Source: Candidatus Dormiibacterota bacterium
GTDB taxonomy: Bacteria; Chloroflexota; Dormibacteria; Aeolococcales; Aeolococcaceae
Length of the DNA: 64,000 nucleotides
NCBI GenBank assembly: GCA_963768105.1
Contig: CAVYGR010000004.1
Coordinates: 118,019-182,018 of the forward strand
Reading direction: 5' to 3'
Positions 15,869-26,580 of the stretch are shown here, in pieces. The position numbers were made by a program, and so were the translations under genes. The notes beneath the pieces were generated by a model. The model saw only the letters and a list, made by a program, of their open reading frames with translations. It searched no databases and was not told where the DNA came from. Each line of letters opens with the position of its first letter. Position 1 is the first letter of the stretch.

Positions 15869-16188
15869 GGAGACAGTATGCCGACGTCTCGACATCCGGT
15901 GTCCCCGGTCGGTAGTGGGTCAGTTTGAAACAGGACGGCTTACGGGCAATCGGGCGACCGCCAAGGAAGGGGAGAAGCAAGACGACCGCTGCTCAGTCGC
16001 CGCCCCGATTACTCGGCGGCCCTGATGTCTCCTGCGTGAATCGATGCCACCATCCCCATGAGTGGTTTGCGAAGGTGAACTTCCGGTGACGTTCGGCGGC
16101 GTTCATTGCAGCCGAGTAGTTGGCATACGTTGGGGACGCGGTACATTCTGCGCAGTCGCAAGCGGTGGGGTCAGGTTGGTCGCGTACG

Positions 16189-16410
16189 CTACGCATCTAT
16201 CGAATCGTCGAACAGTCGCTTGATGGCCCTGCGGGTGGGCTCAGACAGAGCGTGCCACGAAACGATGGCAGTGATGACGAGCAGGAGCATGACTGCGCCG
16301 CCGCCAATCACGTCGGCAGCGGAGTGCGTCGGGGGGCTTCCGCTGGCGAGCGCGATGGCGATCAGAATGGAGATACCGGCGGTCCAGCCGATCAGAGGTC
16401 TCCTCATCAC
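16189..16410 (-). CDS. Small two-TM membrane protein (73 aa, hypothetical).
   Basis: Two hydrophobic helices (GISILIAIALA and AVMLLLVITAIVSW) inside a lower-GC 550-bp segment bounded by 13-bp direct repeats. Confidence 0.35.
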   Translation of the reverse strand: MMRRPLIGWTAGISILIAIALASGSPPTHSAADVIGGGAVMLLLVITAIVSWHALSEPTRRAIKRLFDDSIDA

Positions 16411-16776
16411 TCAGCGAGATTAGCGGTTACCCGGCGAGCAGGGCAACCGATCTCCTCGATCTTCCAGGGGTCAGTTTGAATCCGATGGTTTCGTGGCGCG
16501 TTTGCCTCCCATGAGACCGCCAATAGCGCCGAATCCGCCCCAGAACGCCTCTGGGATTTGCTCAGGAGTTCCTCCAGATGGCGGCAGGTAGGCCATGACG
16601 ACGATGAGCACGAGGCAGATTCCGGTAACCGATGAAGTCGAATCCCGCTTCGATCTCGATGGCCAACTGTGTAGCTGAGGGACGGGGAGCTTGACGAAAC
16701 GGAGCTAGCAGGACAGCGCGTAGGTACCCGGAGCGCAGAATCAGATAGCACCCCACTACTCCCCGGTCGAACGGTA

Positions 16777-18843
16777 CTAGTAGAAGAGGTGGTGCAGGGC
16801 GATCGTGGGAATCGCAAGGATCGCGATGATGTTCATCACCTTGATCATCGGGTTGATCGCCGGTCCGGCGGTGTCCTTGCAGGGATCGCCGACCGTGTCG
16901 CCGGTCACCGCGGCGGCGTGCGCGTCCGATCCCTTGCCGCCGAAGTTCCCCTCTTCGATGTATTTCTTGGCGTTGTCCCACGCCCCGCCGCCGGTGGTCA
17001 TCTGGAGGGCGACGAACAGCCCGACCACGATGGTGCCGAGCAGCATCGCGCCGAGCGCCTGCGCCCCGAGCACGAAGCCGACGATGAGCGGGAAGACGAC
17101 GGGCAGCAGACCCGGGATGATCATCTCGCGCTGCGCGGCCGCGGTCACGATGGCAACGGTCTTGCCATACTCGGGCCGCGCGGTTCCTTCCATGATCCCG
17201 GGGATCTCGCGGAACTGGCGGCGCACCTCGGTTACGACTCCGCCGGCGGCACGTCCGACGGCGAGCATCGCCAGGGAGCCGAAGAGGAACGGCATGATCC
17301 CGCCGAGCAGGAGTCCGGCTATGACCGGCGGCGCGGTGAGATCGAAGTGGATTGCCGGCATGTGCGCGGCGAGCAGGGTCTTGTTGAGGATGTCGGTGTA
17401 GCTCGCGAAGAGCACCAGCGCCGCGAGACCGGCGGAGCCGATCGCGTAACCCTTCGTCACCGCCTTCGTGGTGTTGCCGACCGCATCGAGCGGATCGGTG
17501 ACCTGGCGCACCGACTCGGGCAGGTCCGCCATCTCGGCGATGCCCCCCGCGTTGTCGGTGATCGGTCCGTACGAGTCGATCGCGACCACGATGCCGGTCA
17601 TGCTGAGCAGAGCCATCGCGGCGATGCCGATGCCGTACAACCCGCCGAGTGCCGCGGAGGCGAGGATGCCGATCCCGATGATGAGCACCGGTATCGCGGT
17701 GCCCTCCATGCCGATCGCGAGCCCGGCGATGATGTTGGTGGCGTGGCCCGTCTGCGACGCCCTGGCGATGGTGCGCACCGGCCAGAACTGCGCCCCGGTG
17801 AAGAACTCGGTGACCGCGACGATGAGCACCGTGATGACGATGCCGATCACCGCGCACCAGAAGAGGTTGAACACCGGGTGGTCGAAACCGGTGAGATATC
17901 CGCCGTTGTTGAGCAGCACCGTGATGAGCAGGAACCCAGCCAGCGCGACCACCGCCGACACGATGAGCCCGCGGTACAGGGCACCCATGATCCAGGTACC
18001 GCGGCCCATGCGCACGAAGAAGGTGCCGATGATCGAGGCGACGATGCTGACCGCGCCGAGCATGAGGGGGTAGAACACGAAGATGAGGTTGGGGCTGCCG
18101 TTGCTCAGCTTGTAGAGCAGGCTGCCCAGCAGCATCGTGGCCACCGCGGTGACCGCATAGGTCTCGAAGAGGTCGGCCGCCATGCCCGCGCAGTCGCCGA
18201 CGTTGTCCCCGACGTTGTCGGCGATGACCGCGGGATTGCGCGGGTCGTCCTCGGGGATGCCCGCCTCGAGCTTGCCGACCAGGTCGGCGCCGACGTCCGC
18301 CGCCTTGGTGTAGATGCCGCCTCCGAGGCGGGCGAACACAGAGATGAGTGATGCACCGAAGGCGAAGCCGACGAGCGCATTGAAGTCCTGGAACAGGCCG
18401 TAGGCGAGCGCCACCCCGATCAAGCCGAAGCCGACGACGAAGAAGCCGGTGACCGCGCCGCCTCTGAACGCGAGCTGGAGGGCGGGGTTGACGCCGCCGC
18501 GGGCTGCCTCCGCGGTCCGCAGGTTGGAGCGCACCGAGATGTTCATCCCCACGTAGCCGGCGGCGCCGCTGAGCACGGCGCCGATCAGAAAGAGCACGCC
18601 GGTCTTCCACCCGAGCGTGAAGGTGAGGAACAGGAAGATAACCGCCCCGATGCCGGCGATGATCGTGTACTGGCGGTTGAGGTACGCCTGGGCACCTTCC
18701 TGGATCGCCTTGGCGATCTCGCGCATGCGATCGTTCCCCTCGGGCTGGCGCAGGACCCAGAAGATCAGGTAGACGGCGAAGAGGAGCGCGAGCAGTCCGG
18801 CAGCGCCGATCGGCAGCAGGACGGCGCGGTCGAGGGTCGGCAT
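16777..18843 (-). CDS. hppA: Membrane-bound proton-translocating pyrophosphatase (V-type H+-PPase).
   Basis: 688 aa and strongly hydrophobic, with the characteristic GGG..KG.AIGSAGL and DNVGDNVGD motifs. The overlapping ORFs on both strands are artefacts. Confidence 0.9.
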   Translation of the reverse strand: MPTLDRAVLLPIGAAGLLALLFAVYLIFWVLRQPEGNDRMREIAKAIQEGAQAYLNRQYTIIAGIGAVIFLFLTFTLGWKTGVLFLIGAVLSGAAGYVGMNISVRSNLRTAEAARGGVNPALQLAFRGGAVTGFFVVGFGLIGVALAYGLFQDFNALVGFAFGASLISVFARLGGGIYTKAADVGADLVGKLEAGIPEDDPRNPAVIADNVGDNVGDCAGMAADLFETYAVTAVATMLLGSLLYKLSNGSPNLIFVFYPLMLGAVSIVASIIGTFFVRMGRGTWIMGALYRGLIVSAVVALAGFLLITVLLNNGGYLTGFDHPVFNLFWCAVIGIVITVLIVAVTEFFTGAQFWPVRTIARASQTGHATNIIAGLAIGMEGTAIPVLIIGIGILASAALGGLYGIGIAAMALLSMTGIVVAIDSYGPITDNAGGIAEMADLPESVRQVTDPLDAVGNTTKAVTKGYAIGSAGLAALVLFASYTDILNKTLLAAHMPAIHFDLTAPPVIAGLLLGGIMPFLFGSLAMLAVGRAAGGVVTEVRRQFREIPGIMEGTARPEYGKTVAIVTAAAQREMIIPGLLPVVFPLIVGFVLGAQALGAMLLGTIVVGLFVALQMTTGGGAWDNAKKYIEEGNFGGKGSDAHAAAVTGDTVGDPCKDTAGPAINPMIKVMNIIAILAIPTIALHHLFY

Positions 18844-18992
18844 GCGCTCAGGGCTCCTGGAGGAAGTGAATGAGTGCCCGAGCGGCTCTCATCCGCGCCA
18901 CCCCGGGGCCGCCGCATTGTACCCGGCCCGTCCTTCCGTTCACCAACGCCTATGCTGATCCCGTGCCGAACGCCACCGGCCTGACCGCCATC

Positions 18993-19742
18993 GTGATGGT
19001 CGGCGACGAGATCCTCAGCGGGCACACGCAGGACACCAACTCGAGCCTGCTCGCGCGCCTCGCGTTCGCCGCCGGTCGTCCGGTCGCCCACATCGAGGTG
19101 GTGGCCGACGACCCGGCGGCGATCATCGCGGCCGTGCGGCGGGCCATCGACGCTCCGGCGATTTCACGCATCGCCGTCTGCGGTGGGATCGGGCCGACGC
19201 CGGACGACCGGACGTTCCAGGCGGTCGCCGACGCGCTTGGCCGGCCACTCGCGCTGAACCCCATCGCGTACGCGAACATCGAGGCGCTGGCGAAGCGGAT
19301 GCATGCCGCGGGCTGGACCGACACACCCGAGGTGTCCGAGGCCAACCGTCGCTGCGCCCTGGTGCCGATGGGGTCGACGGTCCTCACCAACCGGCGGGGC
19401 ATGGCGCCGCCGCTGGCGATCGACCTCGGTGACGACCGGTGGCTGTTCGTGCTGCCGGGGATTCCCCGCGAATTCAGCACGATCGTCGAGGAAGAGGTGA
19501 TCCCGCGGTATTTCGCGGGGGCGACCGCCCCGGTGGTTCGCGAGGTGAGTTACCGCTCGGTGCCGGAGTCGCAGATGTACGAGCCCATGCTGGTGCTCGA
19601 ACGTGAGTTTCCCGACGTCACCGTCGGTTCATATCCGCACGTTGAGCAGCGCGAGCTCGTCATCCGGCTCCGGGGACACGACGCGGAGCGCGTCGATGCG
19701 GCGGTTGCCCGGCTGCGCTCCCTGCGCAGCGACGGCGACTAG
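18993..19742 (+). CDS. Molybdopterin-binding (MoaB/MogA/CinA N-terminal-like) domain protein.
   Basis: AIVMVGDEILSGHTQDTNSSLLARL...IAVCGGIGPTPDDRT. The first ORF start at 18870 lies only 27 bp from the divergent hppA start. GTG at 18993 or ATG at 18996 is more likely. Confidence 0.6.
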   Translation: MMVGDEILSGHTQDTNSSLLARLAFAAGRPVAHIEVVADDPAAIIAAVRRAIDAPAISRIAVCGGIGPTPDDRTFQAVADALGRPLALNPIAYANIEALAKRMHAAGWTDTPEVSEANRRCALVPMGSTVLTNRRGMAPPLAIDLGDDRWLFVLPGIPREFSTIVEEEVIPRYFAGATAPVVREVSYRSVPESQMYEPMLVLEREFPDVTVGSYPHVEQRELVIRLRGHDAERVDAAVARLRSLRSDGD

Positions 19743-19770
19743 TCCGAGAAGCGGGGTCATCCCGCCGCGA

Positions 19771-19971
19771 TCAGACCTTCTGGAGGTTGCGCGCGCGCGG
19801 GCCCTTGGGCGAATCGACGATGTCGAACGTCACCTGCTCGCCTTCCTGGAGGGCGTCGAAGTCGACGGTGGTCAACTCGGTGCGATGAAAGAACACCTCG
19901 TTGCCGTCATCTGCACGGACGAAGCCAAATCCACGGTCAGGGATGATCTTCTTGATACGGCCAGCGGTCAC
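19771..19971 (-). CDS. cspA: Cold-shock protein (CspA family).
   Basis: 66 aa with the RNP motifs KGFGFI-like RGFGFV and VFFH. Confidence 0.85.
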   Translation of the reverse strand: MTAGRIKKIIPDRGFGFVRADDGNEVFFHRTELTTVDFDALQEGEQVTFDIVDSPKGPRARNLQKV

Positions 19972-20113
19972 GGCATGTCCTCCAGGATTCTCGCCGACAC
20001 GGACGTCCCACCGCGTTCACGACCACATGTGGGAGTGTCCCCTGTCAGCAACGGGAACCCGCAAAGACCGCGATGGAAGCACCGTAGGATGACGATTTCC
20101 GCCGTTCCGGTGC

Positions 20114-21369
20114 TCACACCAGCATAGCAGGGTGTTGATCCGAGCCGCGCTCCCACGCCGCGCGGAGCTCGTGCAGGCTCTCCGGGAGATTTGCGTAGTA
20201 GTCGTCGATGTCGAGGTGCGGGGGCCACGGAGCGGGATCGGAGCGCTCGCGTTCGCCGCGCGCCTGCTCGAGCCAGGCGCTCCCGAAGGCAGTGGCACCA
20301 CCTGAGGCATCCATGACGCCGAGCGTGCGCAGATTCGCATCTCTGTCAAACGGAGGAACCGTTGCGGCGCGAGGCCCTGGATCACTCCACATCGAGGCCA
20401 TCACCCCCGCGCAGCCGAGGTCGACCAGGGCGTCGAGCGATGCGGCGGCGAACCTGCGTGCGACCGCATCGACATCGCTGGAACTCGCCTGATCCGCCGC
20501 AGGCGCATTCGGGTCGTCGAAGCGGTGCGCACCGAGATGTGCGATCGGGGGACGGTGCCGGCGAGTGCCTGGCACAGCTGCACGAGAAACGCAGCCGCCG
20601 AAGGGTCCATGGCGCCACCCACGTTCGCGAGTGCGCTGCCCGCGAGGTCGAGACCAAGCGCGTCGACGCTCGGGCTGATGACCGCCGGACGTACCGCGCG
20701 AGCGATCACCAGATCGTTGGCGCTCAACGAGAGCATGCAGCGCTGCTCGCGTTCGTGGACGCGCCGGCTGATCAGGCTGACCCAATCGCGCAGGTGCTCG
20801 ATGCGCCGCGGGCGTACGCCGCCTGCCGGATCGTGACCCAGGTCCCACATGGTGATCGCCGGATGGCCGGCGAACGCTGCGAGCATCTCGTCGATCCAGC
20901 GGACACATGCCTCGAGCATCAACGGATCCGTGTAGACGTAGCGCGGGCCGCCTGGCTGCGCGACCGCGTCGTAGATGGCGCGCACACCGCCACGACGCGC
21001 CGCAACATCGATCGCGTACGCGGGGAGCATTACACACCCACCCAGCGTCTGCATGAACATGACCGGGATCACCTGGAGTGACTGATCGGTCGCCGCCGCG
21101 AGGAATCGGTCGAAATCACGGAGGCGCGCAGGCTCGACGCGACCGGGCGTCGGCATGAAGGCGTCCCAGAGCAGGTGGGTGCGCACCGTGCGATGCCCTG
21201 ACGACTTGATGGCGCGCAAGTCCGCTGCGGTTCGCGCGGCGTCGTACTCGTGCCACACATACGGGCCGACCTCGCGCGACCAGTACGTCACGCCGATGTC
21301 GACCGGTTGGCGCGAGGCCGCGGATGCGACGGGCGGCTCAGTAGACGAAGAGGTCGATGCCTCCCGCAA
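20114..21369 (-). CDS. (beta/alpha)8 glycoside hydrolase (GH5/clan GH-A-like), interrupted by a -1 homopolymer frameshift.
   Basis: The N-terminal part (ORF 20401..21369) reads DIGVTYWSRE..HEYDAARTAADLRAIKSSGHRTVRTHLLWDAF. The C-terminal part continues in the frame of ORF 20114..21037 (...RFDDPNAPAADQ...DIDDYYANLPESL...). The switch is at the G5 run 20547-20551, which is one base short relative to the frame. The start codon is uncertain because of a 32-nt overlap with the SDR gene. Confidence 0.55.
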
Positions 21370-22171
21370 CCGTGATCACCTGTCCGGTGATGTAGCGCGC
21401 TTCCGGTGAGCTCAGGAACACGATGGTGTTGGCGATGTCCTCCGGCTCGCCCGGGCTCCGCATGGCGGTGCGCAATACCATGCGATCGTTCATCTTCGCA
21501 TCACCCATCTTCCACGCCTCGGTGCTGATGACCCCGGGGGCGATGATGTTCGCGGTGATGCCGAATCGGGCACCCTCGAGCGCCATCGATTTGCCGAGCC
21601 CGATGACGGCCGCCTTGGTCGCGGCATACGACGCCTGCCCGAATCCGCCGAGCGTGCCGGCGACCGACGCCATGTAGACGACACGGCCCCAGCCCCGCTC
21701 GCGCATGTACGGCCAGGCGGCCTTGGTGCAGTTGAACGCGCCCGACAAGTTGACGCGCAGGTCCCTCTCCCACAGCTCATCGCTCTGGTGCTCGATCTGG
21801 GCGATGTGATCGAGCGTGCCCGCGTTGTTCACGAGGATGTCGAGCGAGCCGAAGTCCTGCTTGATGCCTGCGAACACCTCGCGGATCTGCTCGCGGTTGG
21901 TCACATCCATCTTGACGGCGGCGGAGCGCCTGCCCATCTGCCGGATCTCCTCGCTCGTCTTCTCCGCGTACACCACGTGTTGCGACGTGAACAGCTGGGC
22001 GAGGGCCGACTGCGACGCCTCTGCGGTCTTCTCGATCGCAGGGTCCGACTCGATGAGGATGTCGGTGACCACGACGTCGGCGCCGGCGCGGGCGAGTGCC
22101 AGGCAATCCGCCCTGCCCAGGCCGCGCGATCCTCCTGTGACGACGGCGACCTTGCCGGTCAGATCGAACAT
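21338..22171 (-). CDS. Short-chain dehydrogenase/reductase (SDR), 3-oxoacyl-ACP reductase-like.
   Basis: TGGSRGLG cofactor motif, NNAG, catalytic YAATKAA. Confidence 0.85.
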   Translation of the reverse strand: MFDLTGKVAVVTGGSRGLGRADCLALARAGADVVVTDILIESDPAIEKTAEASQSALAQLFTSQHVVYAEKTSEEIRQMGRRSAAVKMDVTNREQIREVFAGIKQDFGSLDILVNNAGTLDHIAQIEHQSDELWERDLRVNLSGAFNCTKAAWPYMRERGWGRVVYMASVAGTLGGFGQASYAATKAAVIGLGKSMALEGARFGITANIIAPGVISTEAWKMGDAKMNDRMVLRTAMRSPGEPEDIANTIVFLSSPEARYITGQVITVAGGIDLFVY

Positions 22172-22229
22172 GCAGTGCTCCTCGGAACCTGGTGATTGCG
22201 GCGATCGAAGAGCTTAGCGGGAGGTGGTC

Positions 22230-23468
22230 TCAGCTCGCGGCAGCGACCCCGTTCGGCGTTTGGGCGACCATCGAGGGGCGCGCCGCGGCGGTGCGCTCGC
22301 CGAGCACGTAGCGGCTGATGACCAGACGCTGGATCTCGGCAGTGCCCTCCCAGATCTGATAGATCTTGGCGTCGCGCATGAACCGCTCCACCGGGTAGTC
22401 CTTGATGTATCCGTAGCCGCCGAGGATCTGCACCGCGTCGATGGTGACTCGCATGGCCATGTCCCCGGCAAAGAGCTTTGCCATCGAGCCTTCGCCGCGC
22501 GCGAAGGGCAGCCCGTTCATCGCCATCCACCCGGCCCGCCAGGTCAGGAGGCGCGCCGCATCGATCTCGGTTGCCATGTCCGCAAGCTTGAACGCGATCG
22601 CCTCGTGCTTGGCGATCGGCTTGCCGAACGCGACGCGCTGCAGCGAGTAGTCGCGAGCGAACTCGAACGCGGCTCGGGCGATGCCGAGGGCTCCGGCCGC
22701 GACCATCGGTCGCGTTGCCTCGAGCATGATCATCGCGCCGATGGCGCCCGGTCCGGTCGACCGGCCGCTCTTGTCGTGGCCGAGGCGCTGGTCGTCGGGG
22801 ACGAAGCAGTCCTCGAAGATCACCTGGGCGGTGTGCGAGGCGCGCACGCCGAGCTTGCGTTCCTTCCGCCCCTGACGCATCCCGGGGGTGCCTTTTTCGA
22901 TGACGAAACCGGCGATGCCCGCGGGCCCCATCGACTTGTCGGTGGTGGCGAAGGCGACCTGGACGTCGGCGATGCCGCCGTTGGTGCAGAACTGCTTGGT
23001 GCCGTTGAGGACGTAGCCGCCGTCCACCTGGGTTGCGGTGGTCTCGAGCGCCAGCGAGTCCGAGCCGCTATTCGGCTCGGTGAGCCCCATGGCACCGATC
23101 CGCAGCTCCTTGGGATCGGTGAGCATGGGGATGTACTTTTCCTTCTGCTCCTCGGTCCCCATCGCGATGATGGCCGTGCCCGCCAGACCGGTTGCGCCGA
23201 TCGCCACCGCGATGCCGGCGTCGCCCCAGGACAGCTCCTCTTCACGGATGAGGTTGGTCACCAGATCGATGCCGCCGCCCCCATACTGCTCGGGGAAGCT
23301 CGCGGTGGCGTCGAGGCCGAGGGCGTGCGCCTTGCGCATCACGTCCCACGGGGTCTCCTCATGCTCGTCGTAGCGCTCGGCTACCGGGCGCATCTCCTTC
23401 TCGGCGAACTCGTGGGCGAGATCGCGGATCTCCTCCTGCTCCCGGGTCAGCGAGAAGTCCAGTCCCAT
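22230..23468 (-). CDS. Acyl-CoA dehydrogenase.
   Basis: 412 aa with the three ACAD domains and typical N-terminal, middle and C-terminal motifs (e.g. GGYGY, and the catalytic-base region near the C-terminus). Confidence 0.85.
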   Translation of the reverse strand: MGLDFSLTREQEEIRDLAHEFAEKEMRPVAERYDEHEETPWDVMRKAHALGLDATASFPEQYGGGGIDLVTNLIREEELSWGDAGIAVAIGATGLAGTAIIAMGTEEQKEKYIPMLTDPKELRIGAMGLTEPNSGSDSLALETTATQVDGGYVLNGTKQFCTNGGIADVQVAFATTDKSMGPAGIAGFVIEKGTPGMRQGRKERKLGVRASHTAQVIFEDCFVPDDQRLGHDKSGRSTGPGAIGAMIMLEATRPMVAAGALGIARAAFEFARDYSLQRVAFGKPIAKHEAIAFKLADMATEIDAARLLTWRAGWMAMNGLPFARGEGSMAKLFAGDMAMRVTIDAVQILGGYGYIKDYPVERFMRDAKIYQIWEGTAEIQRLVISRYVLGERTAAARPSMVAQTPNGVAAAS

Positions 23469-23480
23469 GGTGATGCTCCC

Positions 23481-23939
23481 TCAGCGTGAGAGCCGGACGG
23501 TTGCCCGGCCGTTGGTCAGCACTCGATCGCCGCGGTCCGAGGATGCGACGACCTCCAGAGTAGCGACTCCTTCGGCCTCGTTCACCGCAACCACTGTTCC
23601 TGTGCAGACGATGGTGTCGCCGGGTTGCAACGGCTTGCTGAACCGGCACGAGAGGCTGCGCAGATTGGCGCTCCCGCCGGCCCACACGGAGATCGCCTCG
23701 GCGAGGATCCCAAGCTCGAGGAGGCCGTGCGCGATGGTTCCGGGCAACCCGACCGAGCGCGCGAATGCCGGGTCGACGTGGATCGGGTTGTGGTCGCCGG
23801 AGGCGTCCGCGTAGGCGTCGATCTGCGCCTGACTGACCCGCCGCGAGAGCGGGGTGACGACGTCGCCGACGGAAACCGACGATGCGGTGAGCGCCGTCAC
23901 GGCGTCGCCCGGACGATCATCAGCGCCGCGCCGCGACAC
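23481..23939 (-). CDS. MaoC-like (R)-specific enoyl-CoA hydratase/dehydratase (hot-dog fold, HadB-like).
   Basis: Hydratase motif DxNPIHVD (GDHNPIHVDPAFA) and GTIAHG. Confidence 0.75.
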   Translation of the reverse strand: MSRRGADDRPGDAVTALTASSVSVGDVVTPLSRRVSQAQIDAYADASGDHNPIHVDPAFARSVGLPGTIAHGLLELGILAEAISVWAGGSANLRSLSCRFSKPLQPGDTIVCTGTVVAVNEAEGVATLEVVASSDRGDRVLTNGRATVRLSR

Positions 23940-24310
23940 ACCACAGCCCGATCGACGGGCCGGACCGCCTCCATCGCGAGCCGGACGAACGTCATGCCCC
24001 GTTTGACGTCGACGCCGACTATCTCGGTGGCGGCGTCGACCACGTCACCCGGCTGGACCGGCTCCGGCCACTCGAACGACTGCTCGCCGTGGATGAGACC
24101 GGCCAGATCGATCCCCACCTCGGGGTCGGCGAAGAGTTGAGCGAACGTCGGGGCGAGGCAGTACACGGCGGCGAACGTCGGGGGTACCACGCCGGGCTCG
24201 GCAACGGGGTCGGGACCGGCGATGGCTGCCGCCAACTGCGCCGCCGCGTCCGGGGCGATGCGCTGCCCGGGGGCCGAGTAGCGTCTCCCAGCATGGGTCG
24301 CGTCAGGCAT
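23897..24310 (-). CDS. MaoC N-terminal-like hot-dog protein (HadA-like partner subunit).
   Basis: Hot-dog fold sequence lacking the catalytic motif, and a 43-nt overlap with the downstream MaoC gene, as in two-subunit dehydratases. Confidence 0.6.
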   Translation of the reverse strand: MPDATHAGRRYSAPGQRIAPDAAAQLAAAIAGPDPVAEPGVVPPTFAAVYCLAPTFAQLFADPEVGIDLAGLIHGEQSFEWPEPVQPGDVVDAATEIVGVDVKRGMTFVRLAMEAVRPVDRAVVCRGAALMIVRATP

Positions 24311-24391
24311 TGATCCCTCACATCAAATATTCGCGGCCAACGGTACACCGGGTGCGGTGAGCTCGAGGTGGCCGTCAGTGTGTGTGACCAC

Positions 24392-25339
24392 TCATGGCTC
24401 GGCGCGGATCTCTCCAACCTGGGTTCCAGCCCAGTTCCGAAGCGGCAGGCGAGCGAACGGCAGGAGCCGGTCGCTCAAGGTCGTGTCGAGGAGCCCGAGC
24501 CGTTGGAGGATGGCTATGGCGGCGACCGGGATCGCATCCCCGGAGCCCGCCTCGAGCTTGATTGCGATCCCGGGACCATCGGGGCGCGCCACCGCAGCCC
24601 ACACGGCCGCGCCGCCGATCTTGGCGGTCAGGTGCAGCCCCGCTTCTGCCAGGAGCGCGGTGTCGAATCGACCCGTTCCGGCCACGAGGTGGGGGTGCGC
24701 GGCCATCGCATCCTGGCATCGCCGGAACGCCGGATCAGCGCTCGCAGCCGCGAAGCCGCGAGCGATCGCTGCCAGCGACGTGCCATAGGTGAGGAGCCCG
24801 CAGCCGTCGATCCCACGCGGGGCGTTCGGGAGATCCACGCCGAGCATCTCCCCCATCGCCGCGGTCACCGCCTGCTGACAGGGATGCTCCTCGTTCATGT
24901 AGCCGTCGAGCGGCCATCCCATGACAGCGCACGTCGCCAGCATGGCGGCGTGCTTTCCGGAGCAGTTGTTGTGGATCGGCTGCGGCCGCCCGCCCGAGGC
25001 GAGCAGGCGCCTCGCCGTCGCCTCGTCGGCGGGCAGCTGCGGCCCACACCCGAGTGCGGTCTCCGGCACATCCGCCTTGCCCAGCAGGCTGCGCACCGAC
25101 GCGAGGTGGTCGTCCTCGCCCTGATGTGAGGCGCACGCGACGGCCACCTCGGCCTCGGTAACGCCCAGCCGATCCGCCGCAAGGCGGACGAAGGGAAGCG
25201 CCTGGAGCGGTTTCACGCAACTGCGCAGCGTGGTCACCGTGCCGGGATCGCCCGCGCAGGCGAGCACCTTCCCGGTGGCGTCGACGACCGCGACGTGGCC
25301 GCGGATCCGTGCCTCGAGGACGCCGCCACGCCAGATCAT
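24392..25339 (-). CDS. L-asparaginase II family protein (asparaginase_II fold, 316 aa).
   Basis: MIWRGGVLEARIRGHVAVVDATGKVLACAGDP...CSGKHAAMLA...GIDGCG. ATG at 25339. The 140-codon upstream extension is Ala/Arg-rich artefact. Confidence 0.7.
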   Translation of the reverse strand: MIWRGGVLEARIRGHVAVVDATGKVLACAGDPGTVTTLRSCVKPLQALPFVRLAADRLGVTEAEVAVACASHQGEDDHLASVRSLLGKADVPETALGCGPQLPADEATARRLLASGGRPQPIHNNCSGKHAAMLATCAVMGWPLDGYMNEEHPCQQAVTAAMGEMLGVDLPNAPRGIDGCGLLTYGTSLAAIARGFAAASADPAFRRCQDAMAAHPHLVAGTGRFDTALLAEAGLHLTAKIGGAAVWAAVARPDGPGIAIKLEAGSGDAIPVAAIAILQRLGLLDTTLSDRLLPFARLPLRNWAGTQVGEIRAEP

Positions 25340-25421
25340 CGCGAGGATCGGAGGCTCGGGGGGTTCCACGCCAACACTTTGACGGCGGAAACCTGATTTT
25401 GGTACGGTCGCCCGCGATCTC

Positions 25422-26366
25422 TTGGGGAGCAGGCCTGGTACCCGGGCGCCGGATCGTGTCAGTGCATTAGCGAGGGAAGCAACTATCGCGACGCACGTCC
25501 ATCGACTGGTGCGACACCTTTGGGTGCTCGCCGTGGCTGCACTGCTTGTCGTGCTTCTCGCGCGTCCGACCGCAGTCCCCGCCGCGCCGATGCTGCGAAA
25601 CCTCGCCGCCATCCAGATCAACGCAGTGGTCGAGAACACCGCGACGGTCACGGCCCTCGCGGTGCGACCGCCGCGGACCATCGTCGTCCAGCCCGGCCAG
25701 TCGCTCGCGACCGTCGCGGCCGCGTACGGCGTCACCGCATCGACAATCCGCTGGGGCAATCAGCTCACCCCGTCGATGGCACCCGCAGCGGGGTCGACGC
25801 TGCTCATTCCTCCCGGGCCGGGAGCCCTCGTCGAAGTGCTCCCCGGCGAGACCCCCACGCGATTCGCCGCCCGGCTGCATCTCGACGCCGCGGTCATCCT
25901 CGAGTACAACGCCCTCAGCAGCAACGCGCCGATGACCGGCGGCTCATTTCTCCAGGTACCACTCGCGCGCGCGCCGACGGGGTCGCTCATCGCCTCGTAC
26001 TTCGTCGATGCGCAAGACGGGGTGCCCGGTGTCCCCGCAACCGCGCCACTCGTCGACAACTTTCCGTATGGACAGTGCACCTACTACATCGCGAGCCGGC
26101 GAGCCGTCACCTGGGGAGGCAACGCGGGCGAGTGGTGGTGGGCCGCACGCAGTCACCGCCCCGAGGGAGAGGTTCCCGTGCAGGGAGCGATCGTCGTCTT
26201 CAATATCGGATGGGTCGGTCATGTCGCCTACGTCGAGCACGTGAACCTCGACGGAACCTTCATCGTCTCCGAGATGAACTACCGAGCCGGCGGCGGAGGA
26301 TGGGGCCGCGTCGACTACCGCACCATCAGCGCTTCCGATCCCGCCATTCTTGGATATATCTACTGA
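25422..26366 (+). CDS. Secreted LysM-LysM-CHAP peptidoglycan hydrolase.
   Basis: A signal/TM region (LWVLAVAALLVVLLA), two LysM repeats (IVVQPGQSLATVAAAYGV..., VEVLPGETPTRFAARLHL...) and a C-terminal CHAP domain (YGQCTYYIASRR...GWVGHVAYVEHV). Confidence 0.8.
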   Translation: MGSRPGTRAPDRVSALAREATIATHVHRLVRHLWVLAVAALLVVLLARPTAVPAAPMLRNLAAIQINAVVENTATVTALAVRPPRTIVVQPGQSLATVAAAYGVTASTIRWGNQLTPSMAPAAGSTLLIPPGPGALVEVLPGETPTRFAARLHLDAAVILEYNALSSNAPMTGGSFLQVPLARAPTGSLIASYFVDAQDGVPGVPATAPLVDNFPYGQCTYYIASRRAVTWGGNAGEWWWAARSHRPEGEVPVQGAIVVFNIGWVGHVAYVEHVNLDGTFIVSEMNYRAGGGGWGRVDYRTISASDPAILGYIY

Positions 26367-26391
26367 GCGTGTCGGCAACGCGCGGTGTCTA

Positions 26392-26513
26392 GGCGAGAGG
26401 GAGGGACGGGGCCGCTCTGCTCAGCTTGCTCGTTCGCTCTTTCGCGCAAATAAATTATCGCGCTCTTTCGCTCGCTCCCAAATTCGCTGAGCGTCCCCGT
26501 CCCTCCCTCTCGC
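26392..26513. repeat. Palindromic element A (122 nt). It has a perfect 19-bp terminal inverted repeat (GCGAGAGGGAGGGACGGGG / CCCCGTCCCTCCCTCTCGC), an inner 7-bp stem GCTCAGC/GCTGAGC and an AT-rich core GCGCAAATAAATTATCGCGC.
   Basis: Read directly from the sequence. It begins 25 nt after the stop of the plus-strand LysM-CHAP gene. Confidence 0.8.
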
Positions 26514-26580
26514 TTGGCACGTGTTGTGCCTCGCTGACGCTCCACGAGGTTCCGGGTTGCGGATCGTGAGGCACTGAGCC

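Noticed and set aside
16562-18610. Long ORFs on both strands overlapping hppA (16562..18610 minus, 16789..18351 plus, 16805..17401 plus).
   Set aside because: They are alternative-frame or antisense artefacts. Only the 16777..18843 frame gives the hydrophobic H+-PPase sequence.
24368-25129. Plus-strand 253-codon ORF, and the 140-codon upstream extension of the asparaginase ORF.
   Set aside because: Both are antisense or extension artefacts. The asparaginase II motif block starts at ATG 25339.
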